Shown piece by piece: positions 18,568-28,035 of a stretch of DNA of 64,000 bases. The notes under the pieces were generated by a model that was not told the origin of the DNA, searched no databases, and saw only the letters and a program-made list of their open reading frames with translations. Both the position numbers and the translations under genes were made by a program. The DNA comes from Spirochaetales bacterium (GTDB taxonomy: Bacteria; Spirochaetota; Spirochaetia; JABEVK01): the NCBI GenBank assembly GCA_037142615.1, contig JBAXAI010000007.1, positions 1 to 64,000 on the forward strand. Direction: 5' to 3'. Position 1 is the stretch's first letter. Every line of letters starts with the position of its first letter.

Positions 18568-20157
18568 TTATCTATGTGAAAAACGATCAAACAGCGTCTG
18601 TTTCAGCCGAGTGGCGTCGTCGATGCCCATGGAACGCAGGCGGGCCACAAAGCCGGGGTAACTCGACAAAGGCTCGGAGCCCACGATGAACTTTCCCACC
18701 ATCTCGTCGACGTAGTTCTGGATGTCGGCCATGCGGGCGTTGTAGGCGGTCGACTCCTCGGGCGTCATGGTCGGTTCGGGGAAGAAGAACCGTGTCTTGA
18801 ACTTGGCCAGCCGGGCCAGCGACTCGGGGGGCATGAACGACGTCACCTGGGCGAAGGCATCGGGCAGCACGAAACTAGGGAACCGGTCGGCGCCGAACGA
18901 GGCCATGGCAAGGCTGGGGTTGGCATACTTGGGATTGTGCAGGATGACGTCGGTGAACCGGGGCTTTCCATCGACCAGCGTGTAGGTGAGGCCCTCAACG
19001 CCGAAGTTGAACAGGCGCTGGCCGGCCTCGGTGGCGAACAGGTAGTTCAGCCAGCGGATGACCAGCGCGGGGTTCTTGGCGCTCTTGGTGACGAGAATCC
19101 GGTCGCGGTTGACGGCCGGGTACTTTTCGGCCACGCCCCCCAGACCCCCGGGACCGGTCGCCGGAAACGCCGCCAACCACTTCACCCCGGGAGACGACGC
19201 CTTCATTTGCTCGTTGTACGCGTCCCACGAGGGGTTCCAGCGCCCGGTAGCTCCCACTTGCCCCGACTGGATCTGCGCCTCGGCCTTGTCGCCGTGAGGA
19301 ATCAGCAGGTCGGGGTCGAGCAGCCCCTTTTGGTACCAGCGGTTCATGGTCGCCAGCCAGGCGCGGGCGTTCTCGCTGTTGAAGCCGACGAAATCGTAAT
19401 CGACACGGCCGTTCTGCACGCTCCACCAGTTCGACCAGCGCGACAGGTTGAACGCCTGGGCGAACGAGTACCCGAGCAGGTCGACCTCGCCGCCGAAGGG
19501 AATCTCGTCGGCGCGGCCGTTGCCGTTGGGGTCGCGGGTGCGGAACGCCGTGAGCATGGCTTCCCAGTCAGCGATCGACCGCGGCTCAGGCAGCCCCAGC
19601 TTGTGCGCCCAGTCGTACCGGAACCCGGGCCCCCACTGGCTGAACTGCGCATCCCACTCCGAAACCCGCGCCGGCCAGCCCCAAATGGTGCCGTTAGGAT
19701 CGGTGATGGCGCCAGGAATGTCGGGGTACTTCTTCATGAGCGCCACCATTTCAGGGGCGTTGCGCGCAATGAGGTCTTGCAGTGGAAGGATGGTGCCCGC
19801 CTTGCCCAGTCGAACGGTGTCGAAGCCATTGCCCACCAGGATCATGTCGGGAAGGTTGGTGCCCTCGGCAAGCCGGGTTTGCAGCACGTCACCGTAGCTG
19901 AACGACCCGAGCGCCTCGATCTTGATATGCACGCCCGTGGCTTTTTCGAGCGCCAGAAGGATAGGGAAGACATCGCGGTTGAACGACTTGTCGGGGAGGC
20001 TGACGTCGGACATGAGAATCGAAAGGGTCTCGCCCGTGGTCGAAAGCGGTACCGGGGACGAGGCCGCCAGCAACCGGGGCGTGGGCCCGAGGGCCACCAG
20101 GCCGAGCGCCAGCAGCGCGGCGACCAACGACTTGGGGGCCCGGCCCGGGCGCGTCAT
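18568..20157 (-). CDS. ABC transporter extracellular solute-binding protein (paralogue)
   Basis: Signal peptide; NLPDM, FRYDW, DPNGNGRADEIPF, KFIVG. Similar by eye to 16839..18401. Confidence 0.92.
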   Translation of the reverse strand: MTRPGRAPKSLVAALLALGLVALGPTPRLLAASSPVPLSTTGETLSILMSDVSLPDKSFNRDVFPILLALEKATGVHIKIEALGSFSYGDVLQTRLAEGTNLPDMILVGNGFDTVRLGKAGTILPLQDLIARNAPEMVALMKKYPDIPGAITDPNGTIWGWPARVSEWDAQFSQWGPGFRYDWAHKLGLPEPRSIADWEAMLTAFRTRDPNGNGRADEIPFGGEVDLLGYSFAQAFNLSRWSNWWSVQNGRVDYDFVGFNSENARAWLATMNRWYQKGLLDPDLLIPHGDKAEAQIQSGQVGATGRWNPSWDAYNEQMKASSPGVKWLAAFPATGPGGLGGVAEKYPAVNRDRILVTKSAKNPALVIRWLNYLFATEAGQRLFNFGVEGLTYTLVDGKPRFTDVILHNPKYANPSLAMASFGADRFPSFVLPDAFAQVTSFMPPESLARLAKFKTRFFFPEPTMTPEESTAYNARMADIQNYVDEMVGKFIVGSEPLSSYPGFVARLRSMGIDDATRLKQTLFDRFSHR

Positions 20158-20465
20158 TCCACCTCGACCCAGACGCTGCCGCTCTCTTCGAACGCCCGGT
20201 AGGTTGCCAGATCGGCCTTGGCCGGCTTGCGAACGGCCTTGCCGGTGGGAATATGAAAGCGCGCGTTGTGTTTGGGGCACTCGATCAGCTCACCGTCGAG
20301 AACCAGGCCGTCGGCGAGGCAGGCCTGCTCGTGCGTGCACAGCCCGTCGGTGGCGTAGAGTTTGTCGCGCAGGCGGAACACGGCGATGGTTTTTTCGCCC
20401 ACGACGACGTCGGTGACGTCGCCGGCCTCCAGCTCGGCGCTGGCGCAGACCCGGTGGCGGGCCAT
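20154..20465 (-). CDS. Rieske [2Fe-2S] ferredoxin (MocE-like)
   Basis: 103 aa from MARHRV; CTH...CPKH ligands. ATG overlaps the upstream TGA. Confidence 0.93.
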   Translation of the reverse strand: MARHRVCASAELEAGDVTDVVVGEKTIAVFRLRDKLYATDGLCTHEQACLADGLVLDGELIECPKHNARFHIPTGKAVRKPAKADLATYRAFEESGSVWVEVE

Positions 20466-21475
20466 CAGTTCGAGCCCGCGTTGCCCGAGGCGTTGACTTC
20501 GCCCTGCGCCGGCAACGGCCTCTGAATCGCACTCGAGGGGTTCTTGCGCTCGCGCAGAAGCTCGGGCACCAACTCGGCGAACACCGCCGTCAGGCTGCGG
20601 TAAGGTGGCGGCAGCTGGTCCTTGACGCGCTGGTGCAGCTTCTTCAGCTGCCAGAACGGGACGGAGGGGTACAGGTGATGTTCCACGTGGTACTGCATGT
20701 GCAAGGTCATCCAATCGAGGAGCGGGTTCATGTACACCGTGCGCGAGTCGAGCCGGTGGTCGAGCACATTGTACTGCAAGCCGGGGTGCTGGGCCATCGA
20801 AAACGCGTACTGAAAGATCGAACCGTAAAACTGCGGCAGCACAAACAGCACGATAGGCAACCAGGTCTGAAAGGCGATGGCAAAACCGACGGGAACCAGA
20901 TGCAGCAGCAGGACCACCCGGGCTCCCCAGAACACGGCCCGCATCTCGTCGGCGGGCACGAGGTCCTTGTCTTTCTTGGTGGTGATGCCCAGCGAGTGCA
21001 CGACCAGGGCCCAGAGCAGCAGCGGCCCCGACTTCAGGTAGAGGAAGTCGAGAAGGTTTTCCCACAGTTTGGGCGGTTTGGGCGCGATGATCTCGTAATC
21101 CTTGCCCACGATGCAGGTCTCGGAGTGATGGCGGGCGTGCTGCCAGCGGTTCGAGACCATGTCCTTCTGCTCCATGGCGGCCGCGAGAAAGTACACCACG
21201 GTGTTGATCCAAGGCGTCCGGAACGCCGTTCCGTGCCCGGTTTCGTGGCTGACGGGCTTGCTGGTGGCCCACAAGATGCCGTAGACCAAAAAGACCGGAA
21301 GGGCCCAGAGGCTCTTTTGGTCCCACAGCCACGTGGCCCCCAGACCGGCGGCGACGGTAAGCAGCAGCCACAGCCCGATGTGCAGCACGGCGGGAAGATC
21401 CGCCCGTTCCATGAAAGTCTTCAGTTCTTTGCGCGGGATGTCGCAGGTGTACCAGGTGGCGTTGTCCGTGCTCAT
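20465..21475 (-). CDS. Membrane di-iron enzyme of the fatty-acid-desaturase superfamily (MocD-like)
   Basis: His boxes HETGH, HARHH, HVEHH; QH.GL...V.DHR..SRTV.MNP; coupled to the Rieske gene. Confidence 0.9.
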   Translation of the reverse strand: MSTDNATWYTCDIPRKELKTFMERADLPAVLHIGLWLLLTVAAGLGATWLWDQKSLWALPVFLVYGILWATSKPVSHETGHGTAFRTPWINTVVYFLAAAMEQKDMVSNRWQHARHHSETCIVGKDYEIIAPKPPKLWENLLDFLYLKSGPLLLWALVVHSLGITTKKDKDLVPADEMRAVFWGARVVLLLHLVPVGFAIAFQTWLPIVLFVLPQFYGSIFQYAFSMAQHPGLQYNVLDHRLDSRTVYMNPLLDWMTLHMQYHVEHHLYPSVPFWQLKKLHQRVKDQLPPPYRSLTAVFAELVPELLRERKNPSSAIQRPLPAQGEVNASGNAGSN

Positions 21476-21526
21476 GTTTGTCCTCCCGTCCGGGGCTCGG
21501 CGTTTCAGGGCCTCCGGACCGGCTCC

Positions 21527-21572
21527 ATTCTGGAAACAATATCCAACTCTGGCAAGACCGGATTATTTGTCC
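21527..21572 (-). promoter_or_regulatory. Promoter TTGCCA-N17-CAGAAT with paired GGAT-N5-ATCC operator, copy 3
   Basis: GGAAACAATATCC (21532-44) and GGATTATTTGTCC (21560-72); same geometry as copy 2. Confidence 0.75.
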
Positions 21573-21585
21573 AGAGATCGTTTTT

Positions 21586-23727
21586 TCAGAATAGGCCGTC
21601 TTTCAGCCAGTCTCCCGGGTTGACGCCCTCGGACCGCTTGAACGCACGCCGGAAGGTCAGCGCGTTGATGTAGCCGACGCTGCGGGCGACCTCCTCGATG
21701 GTCTTGCCGCCGTCGCGTAGCGCTTCCTTCGCACGGTTCACCCGCTTGCGGGTAACGTAGTCGATGAAGTTCTCGCCCGTCTTCTCTTTGATGAAGCGCG
21801 ACAGGTAGGGAACCGAGACGTGAAACTCGTCAGCCAGCGAACTGAGGCTCAGGCTGCTCGAGAGGGCCTGGTCATCGATGGCCTGCAAAATGGCGTCTCG
21901 CCGCTTGAGAAGGTGCCCTTCGCGCCGGGCGACCATGGTGCGGCAGACGCTGCGGAAACTCTCGTAAACGTACTCGAGCAGCGCGTCGGGTGCGTCGGGG
22001 CCCTGCAAGCGGAACTCACCCGCCAGATCGCGCAGGTGAAGGCCGCTGCCGGCCGCCGCCTTGAGCGCGGTCGAGAGCAGGTTGTAGGTGAAGCATTGGC
22101 GGACCAGGAAGGTCGAGGCCAGCGCGGCGCGGTTGCGTTCCACCAGCGCGTCGAGGGCGGCCTTCACCTGGTCGAAGTCGCCGTGTCGGGTGAGGCTCAG
22201 CAGTTCCTCCTCGGCAGCCGGCGAGTAGTGAAAGTCGAGCGCGCTGCTGTTCGCTTGGTCGCTGAAGTACAGCAGTCCAGGGCTCGCGCGCGTGATGGCG
22301 AGGTCAAGGGTGGCCAACGCTTCGCGGAACGAAAGCCGGATGCTGGCCAGCCCCTCCCGCGGTGTTCCCACGCCCGCCAAGACGGCGCGGCCGGCGAACT
22401 CGAGCAGCGCGGTCTCGAGGATGCCCCGGTCGGCCGAGTTGAGCACCACGGCGGTGCGGCTGGGGTCGAGGTGCACGACGTAGTACGGGATCGAGCCCTC
22501 GGTGAGGCGGTGCTCGAGCCCCGAAGCCGGACCGGCCTCGCGGCTCTTGTCGCGGCGTAGAACGGCGACACTCCAGAAGGGTCCGCTCGCCTCGGTGCCG
22601 ATGACGGCCTCGGCCTGCGCCAGCTCCTGGCCCTCGACCGCGTCGTACAGCAGGCGCAGAAAAAAGGCGTGGACGGCAAGCGGCAGGAAGCTGGCGACTT
22701 TGCTCTCCAGAGCTGCGGTGGTGTCGAGTAACCCTTGGATGGGCCTATAGTTGCTTCGCGACAGGAAGATGGCGCCCAAGATGCCGGCGAGCACCGCGAT
22801 CACGAGAAGCGCGACCGTCACGTACAGGATGAAGTCCACTTTCTGCATCACAATGGCCGTGGGTATGGCGGCCGTGTACTTCCAGCCGTTGGTCGACGAC
22901 ACCTCGCGGAACAAGTAGTAGGGGCGGTTGTCGGGACCACGGTAGCTGGCCGGGAGACCACTGGTGAAATGGATGCCGGCGAGCACGTCGCGGACACTGG
23001 GGTCGCCGTCGCCGAGAATAGGGCGGCCCGACGAATCGGTGATGAGCACGGCGGAACCGGGAATCGAGGTGACGCTGCGCAGAAGTTCGCGCAGGCTGGA
23101 CTCGCGCACGGCGAGCAGCAGGGTGGCCCGCGGCGTCCGTTCGCCGAGGATGGGCAAAGTCCGCACGTAGGGGATGGTGAGAATGGGCACGCCGTACTGC
23201 ACGACGTCGATGGTGGGCAGCACCTCGCCGGGTGACCACTGTTTGAGCCTCGCCTTCCACTCTTCCGGCCCCACGCCGGCCGTCACCCAGGCGTTCGCAA
23301 AAAACCAGTCAAGGCTGTCGAACCCGCTGGCCGAAAGCGCGAGGTTCTTTTCGTTGAAGACAAGGATGATGCGCTCGACGAAGCGGTTGAGGGAGCGGTA
23401 GTTGTCGAGCTCCATCGGAAACGAGCTCTGGTCGTACACCGAAAGGCGGCTGCGGTCGATATCGGGCCCGGCCATGAGGGCGATTTTGTTTACCCAGCGC
23501 GTGGCGGTCAGCGTTCGCGAGAGCGCCTCGAACTCGGCCAAGGCCCCCTCCACCGAGGCCTCGGCGTTGCGCAGCAGGTCGTCGTGGTACTGCGTGGCCT
23601 GCTCGAGCGCCACGCTGGCCGCCGCCCAGTACCCCAGGCTACCGAACAGCAACGGCACCAAAAACGCGGCGAGGAACGAAATGAACAGCAGCCGTTTGGC
23701 CGGAAGACGGGCGAGAGCGCGAACCAT
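21586..23727 (-). CDS. AraC-family regulator with membrane-anchored sensor domain (YesS-like)
   Basis: Two TM segments flanking an extracytoplasmic domain; C-terminal YLSRFIK...GY.....F.RAFK..EG..P. Confidence 0.9.
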   Translation of the reverse strand: MVRALARLPAKRLLFISFLAAFLVPLLFGSLGYWAAASVALEQATQYHDDLLRNAEASVEGALAEFEALSRTLTATRWVNKIALMAGPDIDRSRLSVYDQSSFPMELDNYRSLNRFVERIILVFNEKNLALSASGFDSLDWFFANAWVTAGVGPEEWKARLKQWSPGEVLPTIDVVQYGVPILTIPYVRTLPILGERTPRATLLLAVRESSLRELLRSVTSIPGSAVLITDSSGRPILGDGDPSVRDVLAGIHFTSGLPASYRGPDNRPYYLFREVSSTNGWKYTAAIPTAIVMQKVDFILYVTVALLVIAVLAGILGAIFLSRSNYRPIQGLLDTTAALESKVASFLPLAVHAFFLRLLYDAVEGQELAQAEAVIGTEASGPFWSVAVLRRDKSREAGPASGLEHRLTEGSIPYYVVHLDPSRTAVVLNSADRGILETALLEFAGRAVLAGVGTPREGLASIRLSFREALATLDLAITRASPGLLYFSDQANSSALDFHYSPAAEEELLSLTRHGDFDQVKAALDALVERNRAALASTFLVRQCFTYNLLSTALKAAAGSGLHLRDLAGEFRLQGPDAPDALLEYVYESFRSVCRTMVARREGHLLKRRDAILQAIDDQALSSSLSLSSLADEFHVSVPYLSRFIKEKTGENFIDYVTRKRVNRAKEALRDGGKTIEEVARSVGYINALTFRRAFKRSEGVNPGDWLKDGLF

Positions 23728-23739
23728 GGATCTCTCCCT

Positions 23740-24576
23740 CTATAGCAGCTTGGCCGAGACGCTTTCGGCCGTGTGGCGCAGGGCTTCGCCTGCTCCCGGC
23801 AACTGGGCGAACACCTGGTCGCAGAGCACCTCGATGATGAAGAAGAACGACAAGCGCGAACCGATCTCGGCCTCCATCGCCTCTTCCCAGAGCGTTGCCG
23901 AGAGTACCAGCGACGAGGCATCGGCCAGCGGGCTGCGCGGGTAGTTGGTGATGGCCAGCACGGAGGCGCCGCCGGCCTTGGCCTGCGCCACCGCGTCGAG
24001 AATCTCACGCGTCGTGCCCGAAAACGAGACGGCCACGAGCACATCGCCCGGGCGGAGCGCTGAGGCCCGGATGGCCTGCATGTGCGAGTCTTCCACGGTC
24101 ATGGCGTCGAGCTTGAGCCGTGCCAACCGGTACGACAGGTCGGCGGCCTGCGGAAACGACCCGCCGACTCCCACGGCCAGAATGCGACCGGCGTCTGTGA
24201 GCAACCGGGCTGCCGCGACCAGCTTTTCGTCCCCCAGCGCGGTAGCGGTGGTGGTCAGCCGTTCGCGGGCGAGCGCAACCGCGCTGTCGAGGGTGCTCGG
24301 CGCGGTGTCGCGGGTCTGGGCGCTGGGTTCGGCCACGCGGCGGTCGAGTGCCAGGTTGATCTTGAAGTCCTGAAAGCCCGAGAACTGCAGCTTCTGGCAG
24401 AACCGGATGATGGTGCCGTACCCCGAACCGCTGTCCTCGGTGACCGAGGTGATGGACCGGTACACGAGGTCCTCGGTCGAGAGCACGTAGCGGGCGAACT
24501 TGCGTTCGGCGGTGGTGAACGAGTCCATGTTGGCTCGGATCCGGTCGAGAAGCGCGGTTCCGTGGAGTTCATTCAT
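23740..24576 (-). CDS. RpiR/MurR-family transcriptional regulator
   Basis: TIIRFCQKLQFSGFQDFK HTH; SIS motifs GVGGS, SFSG.T, ITN...SPLA. Confidence 0.95.
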   Translation of the reverse strand: MNELHGTALLDRIRANMDSFTTAERKFARYVLSTEDLVYRSITSVTEDSGSGYGTIIRFCQKLQFSGFQDFKINLALDRRVAEPSAQTRDTAPSTLDSAVALARERLTTTATALGDEKLVAAARLLTDAGRILAVGVGGSFPQAADLSYRLARLKLDAMTVEDSHMQAIRASALRPGDVLVAVSFSGTTREILDAVAQAKAGGASVLAITNYPRSPLADASSLVLSATLWEEAMEAEIGSRLSFFFIIEVLCDQVFAQLPGAGEALRHTAESVSAKLL

Positions 24577-25597
24577 GGCGCGTCACTTTTCCTCCGTGGC
24601 GGAAGATCCCCGCCTCGTGCCCCTTCAGGGCCGCCAGTCGGTGGATGAGCAGGTTCTGGGCCTTCGAGAACAGCAGCGGAAAGTACTCCTCACCCCCGAG
24701 GTCGGACACCGGGAGCGAAAGCACATCACCGGCGGCGGGGGCCGATCCGGCGACGACAACGGTGGCACCCAACGCTCGGGCCCGGTCCGCGAGGCCGTGG
24801 GCCAGCACCCGGGTCGACGGTCCGCCATCGAGGATGACCAGGCCGAAACCGGGTCCCACGCTCTCGAACGGCCCGTGGTTGAACGCCCCGCCCGCGAAGG
24901 CCGAGCACAGGATACGGGTGCCCTCCATGAAGGTCAAGGCGCATTGCCGCGCGGCGACCAGCGCCGAACCACGCCCCACGAAGGCTAGGCCGGTCGCGGG
25001 CCTCAAGGCTTCGGCCGCGGCGTCGAGGCCCGTGGTCTGTTGGTTCTCGAGCGCATCGGCGCAGCGTTCGAGCAGGTCGAGGGTTCGCCGAAGTTCGGCG
25101 GGGCCTTCAAGGGCGCTGGCCAGCAGGCTGCAAAGCGCCAGCGTGTTCGAGTAGGTTTTGTTCGAGATGGAGGCCTCGTCGCCGGCCCTCAGCGGCAAAA
25201 CCAGCTGGGCGCTGTTGGCCAACGTACTCGCCTCGTTGTTGGTGATGGCCACGTAGGGGGCCCCGACCCCGCGCTCCACCAGGCGCGCCAGCTCGGCGCT
25301 CTCGCCCGACTGGCTGGTCAGCACGAGCAGGCTCTCGGGGCGGTAGAGGGCCGCCTGTTTGTGCAGCCACTCGCCCGCGTCGACGCTGCGCGCACGCCGG
25401 CCGGCCCGGGTCAGCCGCGGAAACATCACTTCGGGGCAGAACAGCGACGTCCCCATGCCCGAGAAGAACAGTTCCCGGTCGGGGCCGGCGAGCGCACCGA
25501 ACGCGTCGAGGCGTGCGGCACCCTCGCCGCGGTAGTAGGAAATCAGGGCACGGAGAGCCCGGGGCATTTCTTGAATTTCCGCCTCAAAGCGCGTCAT
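24569..25597 (-). CDS. Double-SIS sugar-phosphate isomerase/deaminase (GlmS-C/AgaS/FrlB-like)
   Basis: EI.EMP, GMGTS, SQSGES, ITNN, F.HGP.E, C-terminal KVT. Confidence 0.87.
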   Translation of the reverse strand: MTRFEAEIQEMPRALRALISYYRGEGAARLDAFGALAGPDRELFFSGMGTSLFCPEVMFPRLTRAGRRARSVDAGEWLHKQAALYRPESLLVLTSQSGESAELARLVERGVGAPYVAITNNEASTLANSAQLVLPLRAGDEASISNKTYSNTLALCSLLASALEGPAELRRTLDLLERCADALENQQTTGLDAAAEALRPATGLAFVGRGSALVAARQCALTFMEGTRILCSAFAGGAFNHGPFESVGPGFGLVILDGGPSTRVLAHGLADRARALGATVVVAGSAPAAGDVLSLPVSDLGGEEYFPLLFSKAQNLLIHRLAALKGHEAGIFRHGGKVTRHE

Positions 25598-26454
25598 CGG
25601 GGGCCTCCTTCGTTTTCCATCACCAGCGAGGCCGCACCGAGCAGCGCCGCGTGGTCGCCGAGCTTCGAGACAACGAGCTCGGTCTTTCGTCCGCCCAAGA
25701 CAGCCCTCAGACGGTCGCCAAACAGGTCAAAGGACGCGGCCACGGAACCACCGAGCACAACCCGCTCGGGATCGACCACATCGCAGACCCACGAAAGCGC
25801 CAGCCCGAGGCCTTGCCCGTAGGCCTGCCACGCGGCCTGGGCCCGGGTGTCGCCCTGCCGGGCCTTTCTCGCCGCTTCGGCGCCGTCTACCGTGCCCGCA
25901 GCCAAGGCGATAGCGGCTCCCGAAAGCTGGTCGTGGAGCGTGGGCGCCAAAGCCTCCAAACCGACCGGAGAACGCCAGATCTCGCCGGCTTCGCCACGAA
26001 AGCCGCGGTGTGCGGCGCCGCCGACCACGAGGCCCAGCCCGATGCTGGTGCCCAGCGTGACGCCGGCAAACGTGTGCAGACCCCGACCCTGACCCCAGAA
26101 CAGCTCGCCGAGCGTGAAGCAGCGGGCATCGTTGTCGAGCCGCACGGGGCGGCTGAGTTCTCCCTCAAGCAGGCGCGCCAGGTCGTAGCCATCGGGAAGC
26201 GTTGGCAGGTTGGGACAGGCCGCGAGGGTGCCGTCGGCCCGGACCGTCGTGGGAACGCCGACCCCAACAGGAAGACCGCGCCGACCGCAGGAGGCCTCGA
26301 CCGCCTCGACCAGGCGAGCCAAAGCACGCACCAACTCGGCCGGGGTACGGGTAGCGTCGGTGGGCTGGTCCTGAAAACCGCTCACCTGACCCTGAAGGTC
26401 CACCAGAGCCGCCCGCATGCGGGTACCGCCTAAGTCAACGCCGATGAACTGCAT
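25594..26454 (-). CDS. ROK family sugar kinase
   Basis: GVDLGGT, NDA, TLGTSIG, AGEI, VLGG. Lacks the Cys-rich Zn motif. Confidence 0.9.
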   Translation of the reverse strand: MQFIGVDLGGTRMRAALVDLQGQVSGFQDQPTDATRTPAELVRALARLVEAVEASCGRRGLPVGVGVPTTVRADGTLAACPNLPTLPDGYDLARLLEGELSRPVRLDNDARCFTLGELFWGQGRGLHTFAGVTLGTSIGLGLVVGGAAHRGFRGEAGEIWRSPVGLEALAPTLHDQLSGAAIALAAGTVDGAEAARKARQGDTRAQAAWQAYGQGLGLALSWVCDVVDPERVVLGGSVAASFDLFGDRLRAVLGGRKTELVVSKLGDHAALLGAASLVMENEGGPR

Positions 26455-26458
26455 GACT

Positions 26459-26501
26459 GAATATTTTATCCACTCTTGCCAAATGTCAAGATATAATATC
26501 C
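26459..26501. promoter_or_regulatory. Divergent promoter with paired GGAT-N5-ATCC-like operator, copy 4
   Basis: GAATATTTTATCC (26459-71) and AGATATAATATCC (26489-501); TTGACA on the minus strand at 26484-89; gap is 56 bp. Confidence 0.7.
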
Positions 26502-26510
26502 AATATCAGG

Positions 26511-28022
26511 ATGAGCACCGAGTACGCGACCCACGTTCCGAGCCCTCTGGTGACCGAAAACTCCTTTCTGCGTCGCCCCCCCGAAAACGTGCCCCTTCCC
26601 CCTTGGGACGAGGCTCGAGCCCGCCTCCCTGAGCCCCGCTGGGAGGGCCATGACAGCGCCATCGCGTGCTGGTGGAAGGCGTGGGAACTAGCCTGGGAAC
26701 ACCTGAGGCAGCCCAAACCGGGCTCAGGCTTTGTCAGCAACTACATCGACACGGCGTTCAACGGCTGCCTGTTTCTTTGGGACTCGGCCTTCATCCTCCG
26801 CTTTGGCCGCTACGGCGAGGCGGTCTTTCCCTTTCACCGCACCCTCGACAACTTCTACGCGCGGCAGCACCCCGACGGCTTCATCTGCCGCGAAATCGAC
26901 GAGGCCGATGGCAAGGACCGTTTTTCGAGGTTCGACCCCTCGTCGACGGGCCCCAACCTGTTTGCCTGGGCCGAACGCGAGCACTTTCGCGCCAGCGGCG
27001 ACGTGGGCCGCCTGAACGCGGTGCTGCCCGCGCTGCTGAGCTACCACCGGTGGCTGCGCACGTGGCGCACGTGGCAAGACGGCTCGTCGTGGTCCACCGG
27101 CTGGGGTTGCGGGATGGACAACCAGCCCCGCATGGGGCCGGGGTTTAATCCCGAACACGATCATGGCCACCTGACCTGGGCCGACGCGACGCTGCAGCAA
27201 CTGCTCTCGGCGCGGTGCCTGCTGGAGCTGGCGTTGGCGGCCGGCTCGTCGCTCGAGGTCAGCGACCTGGTGGCCGAAGCGCAGCACCTCACGTCGCTGG
27301 TCAACCGCACGCTGTGGAATGACCAGCAGGGCTTCGTGAACGATCGGCGCGCCGACGCAACCCTCACCGGCGTCAAGTCGGTGGGCGCCTACTGGGCCCT
27401 GCTCGCCGGGGCGCTCGGCCGGGAGCGCGAAGACCGCCTGGTCGCCGCGCTCGAGGACCCGCTGCAATTCCGACGGCCACACCGAGTGCCGAGCCTGAGC
27501 GCCGATCACGAGCTGTACCGCCCTTATGGTGACTACTGGCGCGGCTCGGTGTGGGCTCCCACGACGTACATGGTGCTCTGTGGTCTGCGCGAAACCGGGC
27601 GTCACGGGTTGGCCAGCGAGATTGGTCTCAACCACCACGCGAACGTGGTCAAGGTGTTCGAGTCCACGGGAACGCTGTGGGAGAATTGGGCCCCAGAGCA
27701 TGAGGCGCCGGGTCAGCAGGCGGCCCGCGACTTCGTGGGCTGGGGTGGTCTGCCGCCGGTCGCCGTGCTGCTGGAGTTTGTCTTCGGGCTCGAGGCGCGC
27801 GTCGACGCGGGCGCGCCGAGGGTTCGCTGGGAGCCGGGCGTGCTCGAAGGTCACGGGGTGAAGCGCTACCCGCTGGCGGGTGGCCTGGTGGACTTCGCCT
27901 GCGAGCCGCGGCGGTCGCTGGCCGAAAAGCCCCTCGTCACCGTGGCGTCGACGGTGGCGTTCGAACTGGTGTTACGATGGCAAGGCGGCGAAGAGCGGCA
28001 GCTTATCGCCGCCTCGCGCTAA
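26511..28022 (+). CDS. GH63/MGH1-like glycoside hydrolase
   Basis: FLWDSAF, PNLFAWAE, GMDNQPR, YWRGSVWAP, LWEN, DFVGW; paralogous to 4843..6336. Confidence 0.82.
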   Translation: MSTEYATHVPSPLVTENSFLRRPPENVPLPPWDEARARLPEPRWEGHDSAIACWWKAWELAWEHLRQPKPGSGFVSNYIDTAFNGCLFLWDSAFILRFGRYGEAVFPFHRTLDNFYARQHPDGFICREIDEADGKDRFSRFDPSSTGPNLFAWAEREHFRASGDVGRLNAVLPALLSYHRWLRTWRTWQDGSSWSTGWGCGMDNQPRMGPGFNPEHDHGHLTWADATLQQLLSARCLLELALAAGSSLEVSDLVAEAQHLTSLVNRTLWNDQQGFVNDRRADATLTGVKSVGAYWALLAGALGREREDRLVAALEDPLQFRRPHRVPSLSADHELYRPYGDYWRGSVWAPTTYMVLCGLRETGRHGLASEIGLNHHANVVKVFESTGTLWENWAPEHEAPGQQAARDFVGWGGLPPVAVLLEFVFGLEARVDAGAPRVRWEPGVLEGHGVKRYPLAGGLVDFACEPRRSLAEKPLVTVASTVAFELVLRWQGGEERQLIAASR

Positions 28023-28035
28023 CAAGGAGGCGTCC

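Noticed and set aside
20154-21539. 461-aa ORF suggesting a desaturase-Rieske fusion or frameshift
   Set aside because: Only the last 103 aa are Rieske-like; a normal TGATG stop-start overlap explains the arrangement.
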